Source: Phenylobacterium sp. (GTDB lineage: Bacteria > Pseudomonadota > Alphaproteobacteria > Caulobacterales > Caulobacteraceae). From it: a stretch of 64,000 nucleotides of DNA. Both the position numbers and the translations under genes were made by a program. The stretch's first letter is position 1. Every line of letters starts with the position of its first letter. The notes below the pieces were generated by a model that did not search any database, was not told where the DNA came from, and saw only the letters and a list, made by a program, of their open reading frames with translations. Where the stretch lies: NCBI RefSeq assembly GCF_965229015.1, contig NZ_CBDDIM010000001.1, positions 622,198-686,197 on the forward strand, given 5' to 3'. Positions 37,752 to 56,407 of this stretch are shown here, one piece after another.

Positions 37752-37788
37752 CGGGCGGGTCCTTCACGGGGCCCGCCCGTTTCCTTTT
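37752..37788 (+). terminator. Terminator after rplA
   Basis: CGGGCGGGTCC...GGGCCCGCCCG followed by TTTCCTTTT. Confidence 0.65.
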
Positions 37789-37799
37789 CCCCGTCGGGT

Positions 37800-37828
37800 T
37801 TGACGGGCGGGCCGGGCTCGTGTAGAGC
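37800..37828 (+). promoter_or_regulatory. Sigma70-type promoter for rplJL
   Basis: TTGACG-N17-TAGAGC, followed by a leader of about 300 nt (expected L10 leader). Confidence 0.6.
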
Positions 37829-38130
37829 CCGCCCCTCTAAAGTTTCGCCTCCCGGACAAGGGGAGGTGGGCTCGAGGCCTTCGGGTCTCGATCCTGTCCA
37901 TGAACTGCGGGGTTTCCGGGGTCACCGGAGACCATAACGCGAGGAAGAGCCCTTCCTCAGCCGCGGGGAGACGGGAAGATGACGCCTCATCGACCATTCG
38001 CTTCGAATGGGCGCGCAGGCTGCGGCTTCTCTCGGACAGGCTGATCGGCCGCGTGGGGTTTCCTCACGCAACGATCATCTATGCGGTCGCCGGAATCGTC
38101 CGGCGGCTGGACCTGAGTATGGAGACCGCA

Positions 38131-38646
38131 ATGGACCGCGCTCAAAAGCAGGTGACGATCGAGACGCTCAAGGGCGTCTTCGCCGACGCCGGCGCCGTGG
38201 TCGTGACCCACAATCTGGGTCTGACCGTTGCGGAAATGACCGATCTGCGTGGCCGCCTCCGCAAGGAAGGCGCTCACCTGAAGGTGGTGAAGAACACCCT
38301 GGCTCAGAAGGCCCTGGACGGTTCGGTCGGCGAGGCGGGCGACGCCCTCTTCACCGGCCCTGTCGCCATCGCCTATGCGCCGGACGCTGTCTCCGCCGCC
38401 AAGGTCGCGACCCAGTTCGCCAAGGAGAACGACAAGTTCACCGTGATCGGCGGGCTCATGGGTCAAGAGGTGCTGGACAAGTCGGCGGTGAGCGCTCTCG
38501 CCACCCTGCCGTCGCTGGACCAGCTCCGTGGCAAGATCATCGGCCTTCTGCAAGCGCCCGCGACCAAGATCGCCGGCGTCCTGCAGGCCCCGGCCGCTCA
38601 GCTTGCCCGCGTCATGTCGGCCTACGCCGCCAAAGACGCCGCCTGA
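38131..38646 (+). CDS. rplJ: 50S ribosomal protein L10
   Basis: MDRAQK..., GLTVAEMTDLRGRLR, KVVKNTL and LATLPSLDQLRGKI; GGAG RBS. Confidence 0.98.
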   Translation: MDRAQKQVTIETLKGVFADAGAVVVTHNLGLTVAEMTDLRGRLRKEGAHLKVVKNTLAQKALDGSVGEAGDALFTGPVAIAYAPDAVSAAKVATQFAKENDKFTVIGGLMGQEVLDKSAVSALATLPSLDQLRGKIIGLLQAPATKIAGVLQAPAAQLARVMSAYAAKDAA

Positions 38647-38691
38647 TCGTCATTTTCCCCGACAACACCCACTCCCTAAGGAACTATCCAA

Positions 38692-39072
38692 ATGTCGAAG
38701 CTTGAAAAACTGGTCGATGACCTGTCCGCCCTGACCGTCCTGGAAGCCTCCGAGCTGTCCAAGCTGCTGGAAGAAAAGTGGGGCGTCTCCGCCGCCGCTC
38801 CGGTGGCCGTGGCCGCCGCCGCCGGCGCCGCTGCTCCGGTTGAAGCCGCCGAAGAGCAAACCGAGTTCACCGTTGTCCTGACCGCCGGTGGCGACAAGAA
38901 GATCAACGTGATCAAGGAAGTCCGCGGCGTCCGTCCGGACCTCGGCCTGAAGGAAGCCAAGGACCTGGTCGAAGGCGCTCCGCAGAACGTCGTCGAGAAC
39001 GTGTCCAAGCAAGTGGCCGACGACGTCGCCAAGAAGCTGACCGAAGCCGGCGCGACCGTCACCGTGAAGTAA
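38692..39072 (+). CDS. rplL: 50S ribosomal protein L7/L12
   Basis: [19 protein letters not shown] and [11 protein letters not shown]. Confidence 0.99.
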   Translation: MSKLEKLVDDLSALTVLEASELSKLLEEKWGVSAAAPVAVAAAAGAAAPVEAAEEQTEFTVVLTAGGDKKINVIKEVRGVRPDLGLKEAKDLVEGAPQNVVENVSKQVADDVAKKLTEAGATVTVK

Positions 39073-39103
39073 GACTGACGCGCGGTTCGCCGCATGTCTA
39101 GAG

Positions 39104-39137
39104 CGGGCCCCGGAGAGCGATCTCCGGGGCCCGTTTT
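39104..39137 (+). terminator. Terminator after rplL
   Basis: CGGGCCCCGGAGA-GCGA-TCTCCGGGGCCCG-TTTT. Confidence 0.8.
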
Positions 39138-39422
39138 CGTTCCGCGATGGACGACGCGACGAACTAATTCGCGATAAGGGCTTCACATCCCGCGCGAGAG
39201 CGATTATCTCGGCTCCTTCGCAAAATACGATTCGTGTCACACGCGATTCTGTCGCGCGCCTATGTTCCGAGGCATGGCCCACCGCCCTCCGGCCATGCGA
39301 GGGAACGCCCCTGGCGATACAGGGGCTCCAGCGTCCGGCGCCCGCAAGGGCGTTCGAGGGTGGACGCGGGATAAAAGACCTGACGCCTGGAAACCGTTCC
39401 GGGCGTCGCTCAAGGGAATAAA

Positions 39423-43511
<4,089 letters not shown>

Positions 43512-43603
43512 CGCCGGCGTCGCACGCCATCGTCAATGCGAGGGGAGGGGCCCGTCAGCTCCTCCCGCTTCGCCACTGAAACTGCTGACGAACTGGAATT
43601 CTG

Positions 43604-47797
<4,194 letters not shown>

Positions 47798-47829
47798 GCC
47801 CAAACCGTCCAGTCAGTGCGCGTAACGAG

Positions 47830-47857
47830 CGGCCCGGGAGCGATCCCGGGCCGTTTC
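47830..47857 (+). terminator. Terminator after rpoC
   Basis: CGGCCCGGGA-GCGA-TCCCGGGCCG-TTTC. Confidence 0.75.
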
Positions 47858-47862
47858 GTTTG

Positions 47863-47908
47863 GGCGTCATTCTTGATCTGGATCAAAGATGACGCCGGCG
47901 TCATCTTT
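47863..47908. promoter_or_regulatory. Compound operator: consensus FNR/FixK box overlapping a perfect 24-bp palindrome
   Basis: TTGATCTGGATCAA at 47873-47886; AAAGATGACGCC/GGCGTCATCTTT at 47885-47908; possible -10 TATCGT at 47908-47913. Confidence 0.75.
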
Positions 47909-47957
47909 ATCGTCGTCCCTAGAGCCCGGCGCGTGACCGGGCGAAAGGGAGCCAGCC

Positions 47958-49070
47958 ATGCTGCACGTGACGCTCGTCGACGGACCGCCCACCGAGGTCC
48001 AGACCTTCGATTCCGAGGACCTTGCCGCCCGCCTGTCGGACCACGACGTCGAGGTGATCCGAGAGATTTTCAACACGCCGCTGACCGGCTCCTATAACTG
48101 GGACTACGAGACGGCCAATTCCAAGATCCGGCGGCTCTACGAGCTGGGCAAGCGGTTCAACTGGAACACCGAGCTCGACATCGACTGGACCCAGGCGCCG
48201 CCGCCGCCTCGCGACGTGGCGGCCGGGGAGGGGCCCGAGGGGTTCGCCGGCCATCCCAAGTGGGAGGCCCTGACGGCCGAACAGAAGCGCGAGTTCTCCC
48301 ACCGCTCCAACGCCCAGACGCTGTCGCAATTCCTGCACGGGGAGCAGGGGGCCCTGATGGTGGCCTCCCAGCTGGTGAGCTGCGCGCCGACCCATGACGC
48401 CAAGCTCTACGCCGCCTCCCAGACCTTCGACGAGGCGCGCCACGTGGAGGTGTTCCACAAGTACCTGATGGAGCGCTGCCGGATGATCTACCCGATCAAT
48501 CCGAGCCTCAAGTTCCTGCTGGACAAAGTGCTCACCGACCCGCGCTGGGACCTGAAGTTCATCGGCATGCAGATCCTCATCGAGGGCCTGGCCCTGGCCG
48601 CCTTCCAGACCATCCACCAGACCACCGAGGACCCGCTGCTGCGCGACGTTGTGGGCCTGGTGATGCGCGATGAGGGCCGGCACGTGGCCTTCGGGGTGAA
48701 CTATCTGGAGGACTGGATCCGGGCCCTGCCGGAGGACCAGATCGAGGAGCGCGCCCAGTTCGCCTACGAGGCCTGCCTGGTCATGCGCGACCGCCTGGTC
48801 TCCACCAACGTGGCCCAGGAGTTCGGCTTCACCGAGGCCGAGGCGATCGAGATCAACAACGCCACCCAGGGCGGCCGGGCCTTCCGCACCTTCCTGTTCG
48901 AACGGATGATCCCCAACCTCAAGCGGATCGGCCTGCTGACCGAGAAGATCCGTCCCAAGTTCGAGGCCCTGGGCGTCCTGCAGTTCGAGAACCTCAAGCA
49001 CGACGGCCAGATCGACTGGGCCACCCTGGAGGCCCCCCTGATGCGGGGCGACGAGGTGATCGCCGCCTAG
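47958..49070 (+). CDS. Ferritin-like diiron protein (AurF/R2-like fold)
   Basis: HGEQGA...DEARH...IEG...DEGRH carboxylate/His ligand set. Confidence 0.82.
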   Translation: MLHVTLVDGPPTEVQTFDSEDLAARLSDHDVEVIREIFNTPLTGSYNWDYETANSKIRRLYELGKRFNWNTELDIDWTQAPPPPRDVAAGEGPEGFAGHPKWEALTAEQKREFSHRSNAQTLSQFLHGEQGALMVASQLVSCAPTHDAKLYAASQTFDEARHVEVFHKYLMERCRMIYPINPSLKFLLDKVLTDPRWDLKFIGMQILIEGLALAAFQTIHQTTEDPLLRDVVGLVMRDEGRHVAFGVNYLEDWIRALPEDQIEERAQFAYEACLVMRDRLVSTNVAQEFGFTEAEAIEINNATQGGRAFRTFLFERMIPNLKRIGLLTEKIRPKFEALGVLQFENLKHDGQIDWATLEAPLMRGDEVIAA

Positions 49071-49091
49071 GACCTCATCGCGCTCTGCAGG

Positions 49092-49115
49092 CGGCCCGGG
49101 GGTGACCCCGGGCCG
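49092..49115. terminator. Hairpin between convergent genes
   Basis: CGGCCCGGGG-GTGA-CCCCGGGCCG. Confidence 0.65.
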
Positions 49116-49130
49116 TTCTGCGTTGCGGGG

Positions 49131-49742
49131 CTAGAAGGGCTTGGTGGTCTTGTGTGGCGCGGCCTCGCCGAGGCCGGTCAGGCCGCCGGCGGCGTCGGAG
49201 GTGGATAGGCCTGGCGGCGTCGGGGCGTCGCGATAGTCGCGATAGGCCTTCCGCTTGGCCGCAGCCTCGTCCAGCAGGGCCTGCTTGGGCCGGCTGAGGC
49301 CGGGCGGGATATAGGCGGCGTCCTTCGCCCCCTCGCCCAGGCGCTCCATGCAGGCGTCCCGCTCGGCCTGGCTCAGGCCTGAGCCACCGATATTGGCGCA
49401 GCCGAGGCTGCGGCGCAGCGTGGCCGAGAGCTGGGGCGTCAGGCTTGGAGGCGTGGGCGCCGGGGCGGCCGGCGGCGGCGCCTCGGGGACGAACAACGGC
49501 GTGACGGAGAGATCGTCCGGGCGCAGGCGCGAGGGACGGGGGCGCAACTGCTGCCGCGGCCGGGGCGAGGTCTGGGGAACCGATTCGACGATGCGGGGCG
49601 CGATGGTGACCTCGAACACCGGGGCGGGCTCGTAGCGCGCCGGTTTGGCGTGGTTGACCGCCAGGACCGACAGCACGGCCACATGGCCGACGAGGGACGC
49701 CGCCGCGAGGGCTCCCAGTCGCCAGCGCCTCCCGTTCCGCAT
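49131..49742 (-). CDS. Hypothetical protein, N-terminal membrane anchor and Pro/Arg-rich linker
   Basis: TM segment LAAASLVGHVAVLSVLAV and a C-terminal Cys pair (GCAN...RDACMERLG). Start could be at 49772. Confidence 0.7.
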   Translation of the reverse strand: MRNGRRWRLGALAAASLVGHVAVLSVLAVNHAKPARYEPAPVFEVTIAPRIVESVPQTSPRPRQQLRPRPSRLRPDDLSVTPLFVPEAPPPAAPAPTPPSLTPQLSATLRRSLGCANIGGSGLSQAERDACMERLGEGAKDAAYIPPGLSRPKQALLDEAAAKRKAYRDYRDAPTPPGLSTSDAAGGLTGLGEAAPHKTTKPF

Positions 49743-49838
49743 GCCCAGTCCCGTTCCTGCAACCTTCGCCATAGGGCGAGGACGGGCGGGGCGAATTCAT
49801 GTCCGAAAGCGGGCGAGGCGCGCGCGCTTTCGCAAACG

Positions 49839-49867
49839 TTGACGCCGAGGGGCTTGGCGAGTATGAA
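49839..49867 (+). promoter_or_regulatory. Sigma70-type promoter of the str operon
   Basis: TTGACG-N17-TATGAA. Confidence 0.65.
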
Positions 49868-50070
49868 CCGCGCTCCTTTCGAGGCCGGGGATTCTTCCCT
49901 TCGCCCCGTTGAACGGCAAGTCCCGAAACGGACAGCCAGACCCGCCGGAACGCGACCCAAAGCGCGCCGGCGAGTTTTTGCGTTCAGCGAGCCGGTTTCG
50001 GAGCTTTTGAATACGGACCCCAACTGAGGCGCCACGGCCCAACGGCACACGCCTCCAGAGCAGAGAATAG

Positions 50071-50442
50071 ATGCCAACAGTCAATCAGCTCATCCGCAAG
50101 CCCCGGCAGAATAAGCCGGTGCGCAACAAGGTGCCGGCCCTCAAGGGCTGCCCTCAGCGCCGTGGCGTTTGCACCCGCGTCTATACGACGACCCCGAAGA
50201 AGCCGAACTCCGCGCTTCGTAAGGTCGCCAAGGTGCGTCTGACCACCGGCATCGAAGCGGTGTGCTACATCCCGGGCGAAGGCCACAATCTGCAGGAGCA
50301 CTCCGTCGTGCTCATCCGCGGCGGCCGGGTTAAGGACCTTCCTGGCGTCCGTTACCACATCCTGCGCGGCGTGCTCGACACCCAAGGGGTCAAGGATCGC
50401 AAGCAGCGTCGTTCGCTCTACGGCGCCAAGCGTCCTAAGTAA
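50071..50442 (+). CDS. rpsL: 30S ribosomal protein S12
   Basis: [11 protein letters not shown] and [10 protein letters not shown]. Confidence 0.99.
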   Translation: MPTVNQLIRKPRQNKPVRNKVPALKGCPQRRGVCTRVYTTTPKKPNSALRKVAKVRLTTGIEAVCYIPGEGHNLQEHSVVLIRGGRVKDLPGVRYHILRGVLDTQGVKDRKQRRSLYGAKRPK

Positions 50443-50454
50443 GGAATAAGAAGA

Positions 50455-50928
50455 ATGTCCCGCCGCCGTCGCGCCGAGAAACGTCAAGTCCTGCCCGACC
50501 CGAAGTTCGGGGACCTGACGGTCACCAAGTTCATGAATTACGTGATGTACGAAGGCAAGAAAGCCGTCGCCGAGAATATCCTCTACGGCGCCTTCGACAT
50601 CCTCGAAGCCAAGCGCAAGGACCAGGGTCCCCTGGAAACCTTCCACGCCGCGTTGGAAAACGTCGCGCCGGGCATCGAAGTCCGCTCCCGCCGGGTCGGC
50701 GGCGCCACCTATCAGGTGCCCGTCGAAGTGCGTCCCGACCGTCGGAAGGCCCTGGCCATCCGCTGGCTGGTGACCGCCGCCCGCAAGCGCGGTGAGAACA
50801 CCATGACCGAGAAGCTGGCCGGCGAGTTGCTGGACGCCTCCTCGAACCGGGGTTCCGCCGTCAAGAAGCGGGAAGACACCCACAAGATGGCCGAAGCCAA
50901 CCGGGCCTTCTCGCACTACCGCTGGTAA
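50455..50928 (+). CDS. rpsG: 30S ribosomal protein S7
   Basis: [12 protein letters not shown] and [15 protein letters not shown]. Confidence 0.99.
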   Translation: MSRRRRAEKRQVLPDPKFGDLTVTKFMNYVMYEGKKAVAENILYGAFDILEAKRKDQGPLETFHAALENVAPGIEVRSRRVGGATYQVPVEVRPDRRKALAIRWLVTAARKRGENTMTEKLAGELLDASSNRGSAVKKREDTHKMAEANRAFSHYRW

Positions 50929-51030
50929 CCAGCACGAACCATCCCTTTTCGGCGCGGGCGGTTTGAGCTAAACCGCCCGCGCTGTTCGTTCAGCCTATCC
51001 CGAACGCCTTTTCCAGCAGAGCTATCCGCT

Positions 51031-53109
51031 ATGGCCCGCGCGCACAAAATCGCTGACTACCGTAACTTCGGCATCATGGCCCACATCGATGCCGGGAAGA
51101 CCACGACCACGGAGCGGATCCTCTACTACACCGGCAAGAGCCATAAGATCGGTGAGGTCCACGATGGCGCCGCCACCATGGACTGGATGGAGCAGGAGCA
51201 GGAACGCGGCATCACGATCACGTCAGCCGCGACGACCGCCATCTGGAACGGTCACCGCCTGAACATCATCGACACCCCCGGCCACGTGGACTTCACGATT
51301 GAAGTCGAACGCTCGCTGCGCGTGCTCGACGGCGCCGTCGCGGTGCTGGACGGCAACCAGGGCGTGGAGCCCCAGACGGAGACCGTCTGGCGCCAAGCCG
51401 ACCGCTACAACGTTCCGCGCATCGTGTTCGTCAACAAGATGGACAAGATCGGCGCCGACTTCGAAATGTGCCTGAAGACGATCCGTGATCGCCTGGGCGT
51501 GAAGGCCGTACCGATCCAACTGCCGATCGGCTCGGAAGCCTCGCTGAAGGGCATCGTCGACCTGGTCCGCATGAAGGCCGTGGTCTGGGACAATGACGGC
51601 CTGGGCGCGACCTATCGCGACGAGGAAATCCCGGCCGACATGCAGGCCAAGGCTGAAGAAGCCCGCCACTACCTGATCGAGAACGCGGTCGAACTCGACG
51701 ATGAGGCGATGGAAGCCTACCTCGGCGGCGAAGAGCCGTCGGTCGAGGTCATCAAGAAGTGCCTGCGCAAGGCGGTTCTGACCGGCGCCTTCTATCCGAT
51801 CCTCGCCGGCTCGGCCTTCAAGAACAAGGGCGTCCAGCCCCTGCTCGACGCCGTGGTCGATTACCTGCCTTCGCCGATCGACATTCCGCCGACCCCGGGC
51901 ATCGACTTCAAGACGGAAGAGCCGGTGGTCCGCAAGGCCTCCGACGAGGAGCCGCTGTCGGTCCTGGCCTTCAAGATCATGGACGACCCCTTCGTGGGCT
52001 CGCTGACCTTCTGCCGCATCTATTCGGGCAAGCTCGAAACCGGCATGGGCCTGCTGAACTCCTCCCGCGACAAGAAGGAACGCGTCGGCCGCATGCTGCT
52101 GATGCACTCCAACAACCGCGAGGACATCAAGGAAGCCTTCGCCGGCGACATCGTCGCCCTGGCCGGCCTCAAGGACACCCGCACTGGGGACACCCTTTGC
52201 GACCCCCTGAAGTCGCCCGTCATCCTCGAGAAGATGGACTTCCCGGCGCCGGTGATCGAGATCGCCATCGAGCCGAAATCCAAGGCCGACCAGGAAAAGC
52301 TGGGCGTCGCCCTGGCCAAGATGGTCGCCGAGGATCCGTCCTTCACGGTCTTCACCGACCAGGAGTCGGGCCAGACGGTCATGAAGGGCATGGGCGAGCT
52401 TCACCTCGACATCAAGGTCGACATCCTGCGTCGTACCTACAAGGTCGACGCCAATATCGGCGCGCCGCAGGTGGCCTATCGCGAGAGCCTCGGCCGCAAG
52501 GCCGACATCGACTACACCCACAAGAAGCAGACCGGCGGTACGGGCCAGTTCGCCCGCGTCAAGATTCTCTTCGAGCCGGGCGAGCCCGGGTCGGGCTTCG
52601 TCTTCGAGAACACCGTCGTCGGCGGCTCGATCCCGAAGGAGTTCATTCCCGGCGTTCAGAAGGGTCTCGACACCTCCAAGGAAAATGGCCTGCTAGCCGG
52701 CTTCCCGCTGATCGACTTCAAGGCCACGCTGTATGACGGCAACTACCACGACGTCGACTCCTCGGTCCTGGCCTTCGAAATCGCCGCCCGCGCCGCCTTC
52801 CGCGAACTTCGCGAGAAGGGCGCTCCCAAGCTGCTCGAGCCGGTCATGAAGGTCGAAGTGGTGACGCCCGACGAATATATGGGCGACGTCATCGGCGACC
52901 TGAACAGCCGCCGCGGCCAGATCCAGGGCACCGAAACCCGGGGTAACGCCCAGGTGGTCACGGCCTTCGTGCCGCTGGCCAACATGTTCGGCTACATCAA
53001 CACCCTGCGCTCGTTCTCCCAAGGACGCGCCAACTTCTCCATGACCTACGATCACTACGAGACGGTGCCGCAGGCCGTGGCCGACGAAGTGATCAAGAAG
53101 TTCGCCTAA
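51031..53109 (+). CDS. fusA: Elongation factor G
   Basis: [17 protein letters not shown] and GMGELHL. Confidence 0.99.
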   Translation: MARAHKIADYRNFGIMAHIDAGKTTTTERILYYTGKSHKIGEVHDGAATMDWMEQEQERGITITSAATTAIWNGHRLNIIDTPGHVDFTIEVERSLRVLDGAVAVLDGNQGVEPQTETVWRQADRYNVPRIVFVNKMDKIGADFEMCLKTIRDRLGVKAVPIQLPIGSEASLKGIVDLVRMKAVVWDNDGLGATYRDEEIPADMQAKAEEARHYLIENAVELDDEAMEAYLGGEEPSVEVIKKCLRKAVLTGAFYPILAGSAFKNKGVQPLLDAVVDYLPSPIDIPPTPGIDFKTEEPVVRKASDEEPLSVLAFKIMDDPFVGSLTFCRIYSGKLETGMGLLNSSRDKKERVGRMLLMHSNNREDIKEAFAGDIVALAGLKDTRTGDTLCDPLKSPVILEKMDFPAPVIEIAIEPKSKADQEKLGVALAKMVAEDPSFTVFTDQESGQTVMKGMGELHLDIKVDILRRTYKVDANIGAPQVAYRESLGRKADIDYTHKKQTGGTGQFARVKILFEPGEPGSGFVFENTVVGGSIPKEFIPGVQKGLDTSKENGLLAGFPLIDFKATLYDGNYHDVDSSVLAFEIAARAAFRELREKGAPKLLEPVMKVEVVTPDEYMGDVIGDLNSRRGQIQGTETRGNAQVVTAFVPLANMFGYINTLRSFSQGRANFSMTYDHYETVPQAVADEVIKKFA

Positions 53110-53157
53110 CCCCAACCCTAGTTTAGAGGACGAGCCCGGACAGGGCTGGAGCTTGAA

Positions 53158-54348
<1,191 letters not shown>

Positions 54349-54381
54349 GCCTTTCGGCCTAAGCGACCTTCGACCCAGATC

Positions 54382-54414
54382 AGGGCCGTCCGGGGAAACC
54401 CGGGCGGCCCTTTT
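54382..54414 (+). terminator. Terminator after tuf copy 2
   Basis: AGGGCCGTCCGGG-GAAA-CCCGGGCGGCCCT-TTT. Confidence 0.85.
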
Positions 54415-54423
54415 CCTATGGCG

Positions 54424-55185
54424 CTATCGGACCTGCCGCAGAGAGGTGATGGCGTAGGCCAGGCCGATCCGGTTCAGGTCCGCCACGTCCTTATCCAGGA
54501 TCAGGCAGCGGCCGCCGAAGTCCTTGTCCGTGCAGACCTCCCACGCGCCCCGGCCGATCTTGATGCTGAGGGTGCGGTCGTTGTTCTGCTTGGGCAGATT
54601 GGTGATCTCGGTGCTGGTGGCGTAGGCCCCGCCCGTGAAGTTCAGGCCGTCATAGAGGGTGATGGAGCCGCCCCGGGCCCGAGGGCGCTCGTAGCCGCCG
54701 TTGTAGCCGCCTTGGCCGCCATAGCCGCCTTGGCCGCCATAGCCGCCCTGGTTTCCGTAGCCGCCGCCGCTATAGCCGCCGTTGCCGTAGCCGCCGCCGC
54801 TATAGCCGCCGCCATTGTAACCTCCGTTATATCCGCCACTGGAGCCCCAGCCGCCGCTGCCGTAGCCGCCATAGCCGCCATAGCCGCCTTGGCCGCCATA
54901 GGGCCCGGCCATTCGGCAACTCAACTGGCCGTTTTCGTTGGTGATCTCGCCGCGGCAACCCTCGAAGTCGAGACTGGTCGCCCGGTAACGGCCGTTATAG
55001 TCGCGGCACTCCGCCCACAGGGTCAGGCGACCACTGTCGGTCACCCGCACCTTCTGACAAGACTGCCAATAGCTTCCCGGCGGCGGCGCGTAACCCTGCG
55101 GCTGGGCGCTGCCCGGCGCCGCGACTCCCAAGGCCGCCACGCTCGCGACGGCGGCCGCGCCTGCGGCCCATGTCTTGATCTTCAT
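54424..55185 (-). CDS. Secreted protein: CVNH-like domain, Gly/Tyr repeats and beta/gamma-crystallin domain
   Basis: Signal peptide; GSYWQSC...AECRD...ITNENGQLSC; GGYG repeats; ITLYDGLNFTG...NDRTLSIKI...WEVCTDKDFGGRC...ITSLR. Confidence 0.78.
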   Translation of the reverse strand: MKIKTWAAGAAAVASVAALGVAAPGSAQPQGYAPPPGSYWQSCQKVRVTDSGRLTLWAECRDYNGRYRATSLDFEGCRGEITNENGQLSCRMAGPYGGQGGYGGYGGYGSGGWGSSGGYNGGYNGGGYSGGGYGNGGYSGGGYGNQGGYGGQGGYGGQGGYNGGYERPRARGGSITLYDGLNFTGGAYATSTEITNLPKQNNDRTLSIKIGRGAWEVCTDKDFGGRCLILDKDVADLNRIGLAYAITSLRQVR

Positions 55186-55257
55186 AGCCCACTCCGATTG
55201 AGAACCGTCCCTGCCTCCACCCTATGGCGACGCTGGAGCGGCGAAAAGGCCGAGCTT

Positions 55258-56244
55258 CTAGGCGGTCTGGCAGGCCGCCTTCTCGCCAGGAGCCCGCAGG
55301 ACATCGCCGACATAGTACTCCGTCATGCCCTGGGCTCGCCTGAGGTCGGCGGGATCCCGCCCCAGCAGAGGCTGGACCGTGCGGGTCCAGGCCGCCGCGC
55401 AGGCCGCCTTGGTCTCGGCGGAGGCGGCGCAGTCGATCACGGCGGCGAAGGCCTGGCGGTAGAGTCCGAACTGCGCCCGTGTCATGGGTGCGCCATGGCC
55501 GGGGACCAGGATGGTGAAGGGCGTCGCCCAGACCTGATCCAGGGCCCTGCGCCAGCCCGCGGGACAGGCGGTGTCGAGGAAGGGGGCGGGGAGGGTGACC
55601 AGGTCGCCCACCGCCGCCACGCGACTGGCGGGATCGTAGAGCCAGACATCGCCGGCCGTCGCCGCGTTGGGCGCCAGGTTCACCGCTAGCCGCAGGCCCG
55701 CGAGCTTCCGGGCTTCGGAGCCGGTGACCACCACGTCGGGGCGGAGGGCCGCGCCGGCCTCGACGGTGGCGATGTCGCCGGCGATGTCCTCCAGGGTCTC
55801 CCGGGGCAGCTCGCCCGCCTTCAGATAGGCCCGACCATCTTCCGCGCTCTTGGCCAGGAAGCCGGTCAAGGCCTTGTCGATGGCGGAACTGGCATAGACC
55901 CTCGCGGCCGGGTAGGCGCGCCTCAGGTCGGGGTTTCCGCTCACGTGGTCCAGGTGCCAGTGGGAATTGACGATGGCGGCGATGGGGCGGCCCTGCGCCG
56001 TCGCGAAGTCGAGGATGGCCTGGCGCTGCCAGGCGTGGCGCCCGGTGTCCATCACCACCAGGCCCTTGGGGCCGGTGAAGATCACCGTATTGCCGTCGGG
56101 CTGGCGGCGCGGTGGGATGCCCCCTGGGATCAGCCAGACGCCGGGGGCGACGGCCTGGGCGGCGGGCTTGGGAGCCTCGGCGTCGGCCGGGCGTGGCGCC
56201 AGGAGCGCCAGGACGGTCAGCGCGAGCAGCTTGAGGCGTGGCAT
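55258..56244 (-). CDS. Secreted MBL-fold metallo-hydrolase
   Basis: Signal peptide; DTG, SHWHLDH, VGD and VPGHG. Confidence 0.87.
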   Translation of the reverse strand: MPRLKLLALTVLALLAPRPADAEAPKPAAQAVAPGVWLIPGGIPPRRQPDGNTVIFTGPKGLVVMDTGRHAWQRQAILDFATAQGRPIAAIVNSHWHLDHVSGNPDLRRAYPAARVYASSAIDKALTGFLAKSAEDGRAYLKAGELPRETLEDIAGDIATVEAGAALRPDVVVTGSEARKLAGLRLAVNLAPNAATAGDVWLYDPASRVAAVGDLVTLPAPFLDTACPAGWRRALDQVWATPFTILVPGHGAPMTRAQFGLYRQAFAAVIDCAASAETKAACAAAWTRTVQPLLGRDPADLRRAQGMTEYYVGDVLRAPGEKAACQTA

Positions 56245-56407
56245 GATGATCCTCCCCAGGATGGAGACAGGATCGAGGCGGCCAGGGGGCCGCTGTCAAA
56301 TCTCGGATCGTTAATTTTCGCGGGCGCGGGACGAGAGTTAGACTTCCCGGTCAAGCTCTTGACTCCCCCGTCCGCCTCGGGCCGCCTGCGGCAAAGGAGC
56401 GGGGATC

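Noticed and set aside
55258-56244. Bona fide metallo-beta-lactamase resistance gene
   Set aside because: The B1/B2 Cys ligand is not evident and one His ligand appears absent; the MBL fold alone does not imply resistance.
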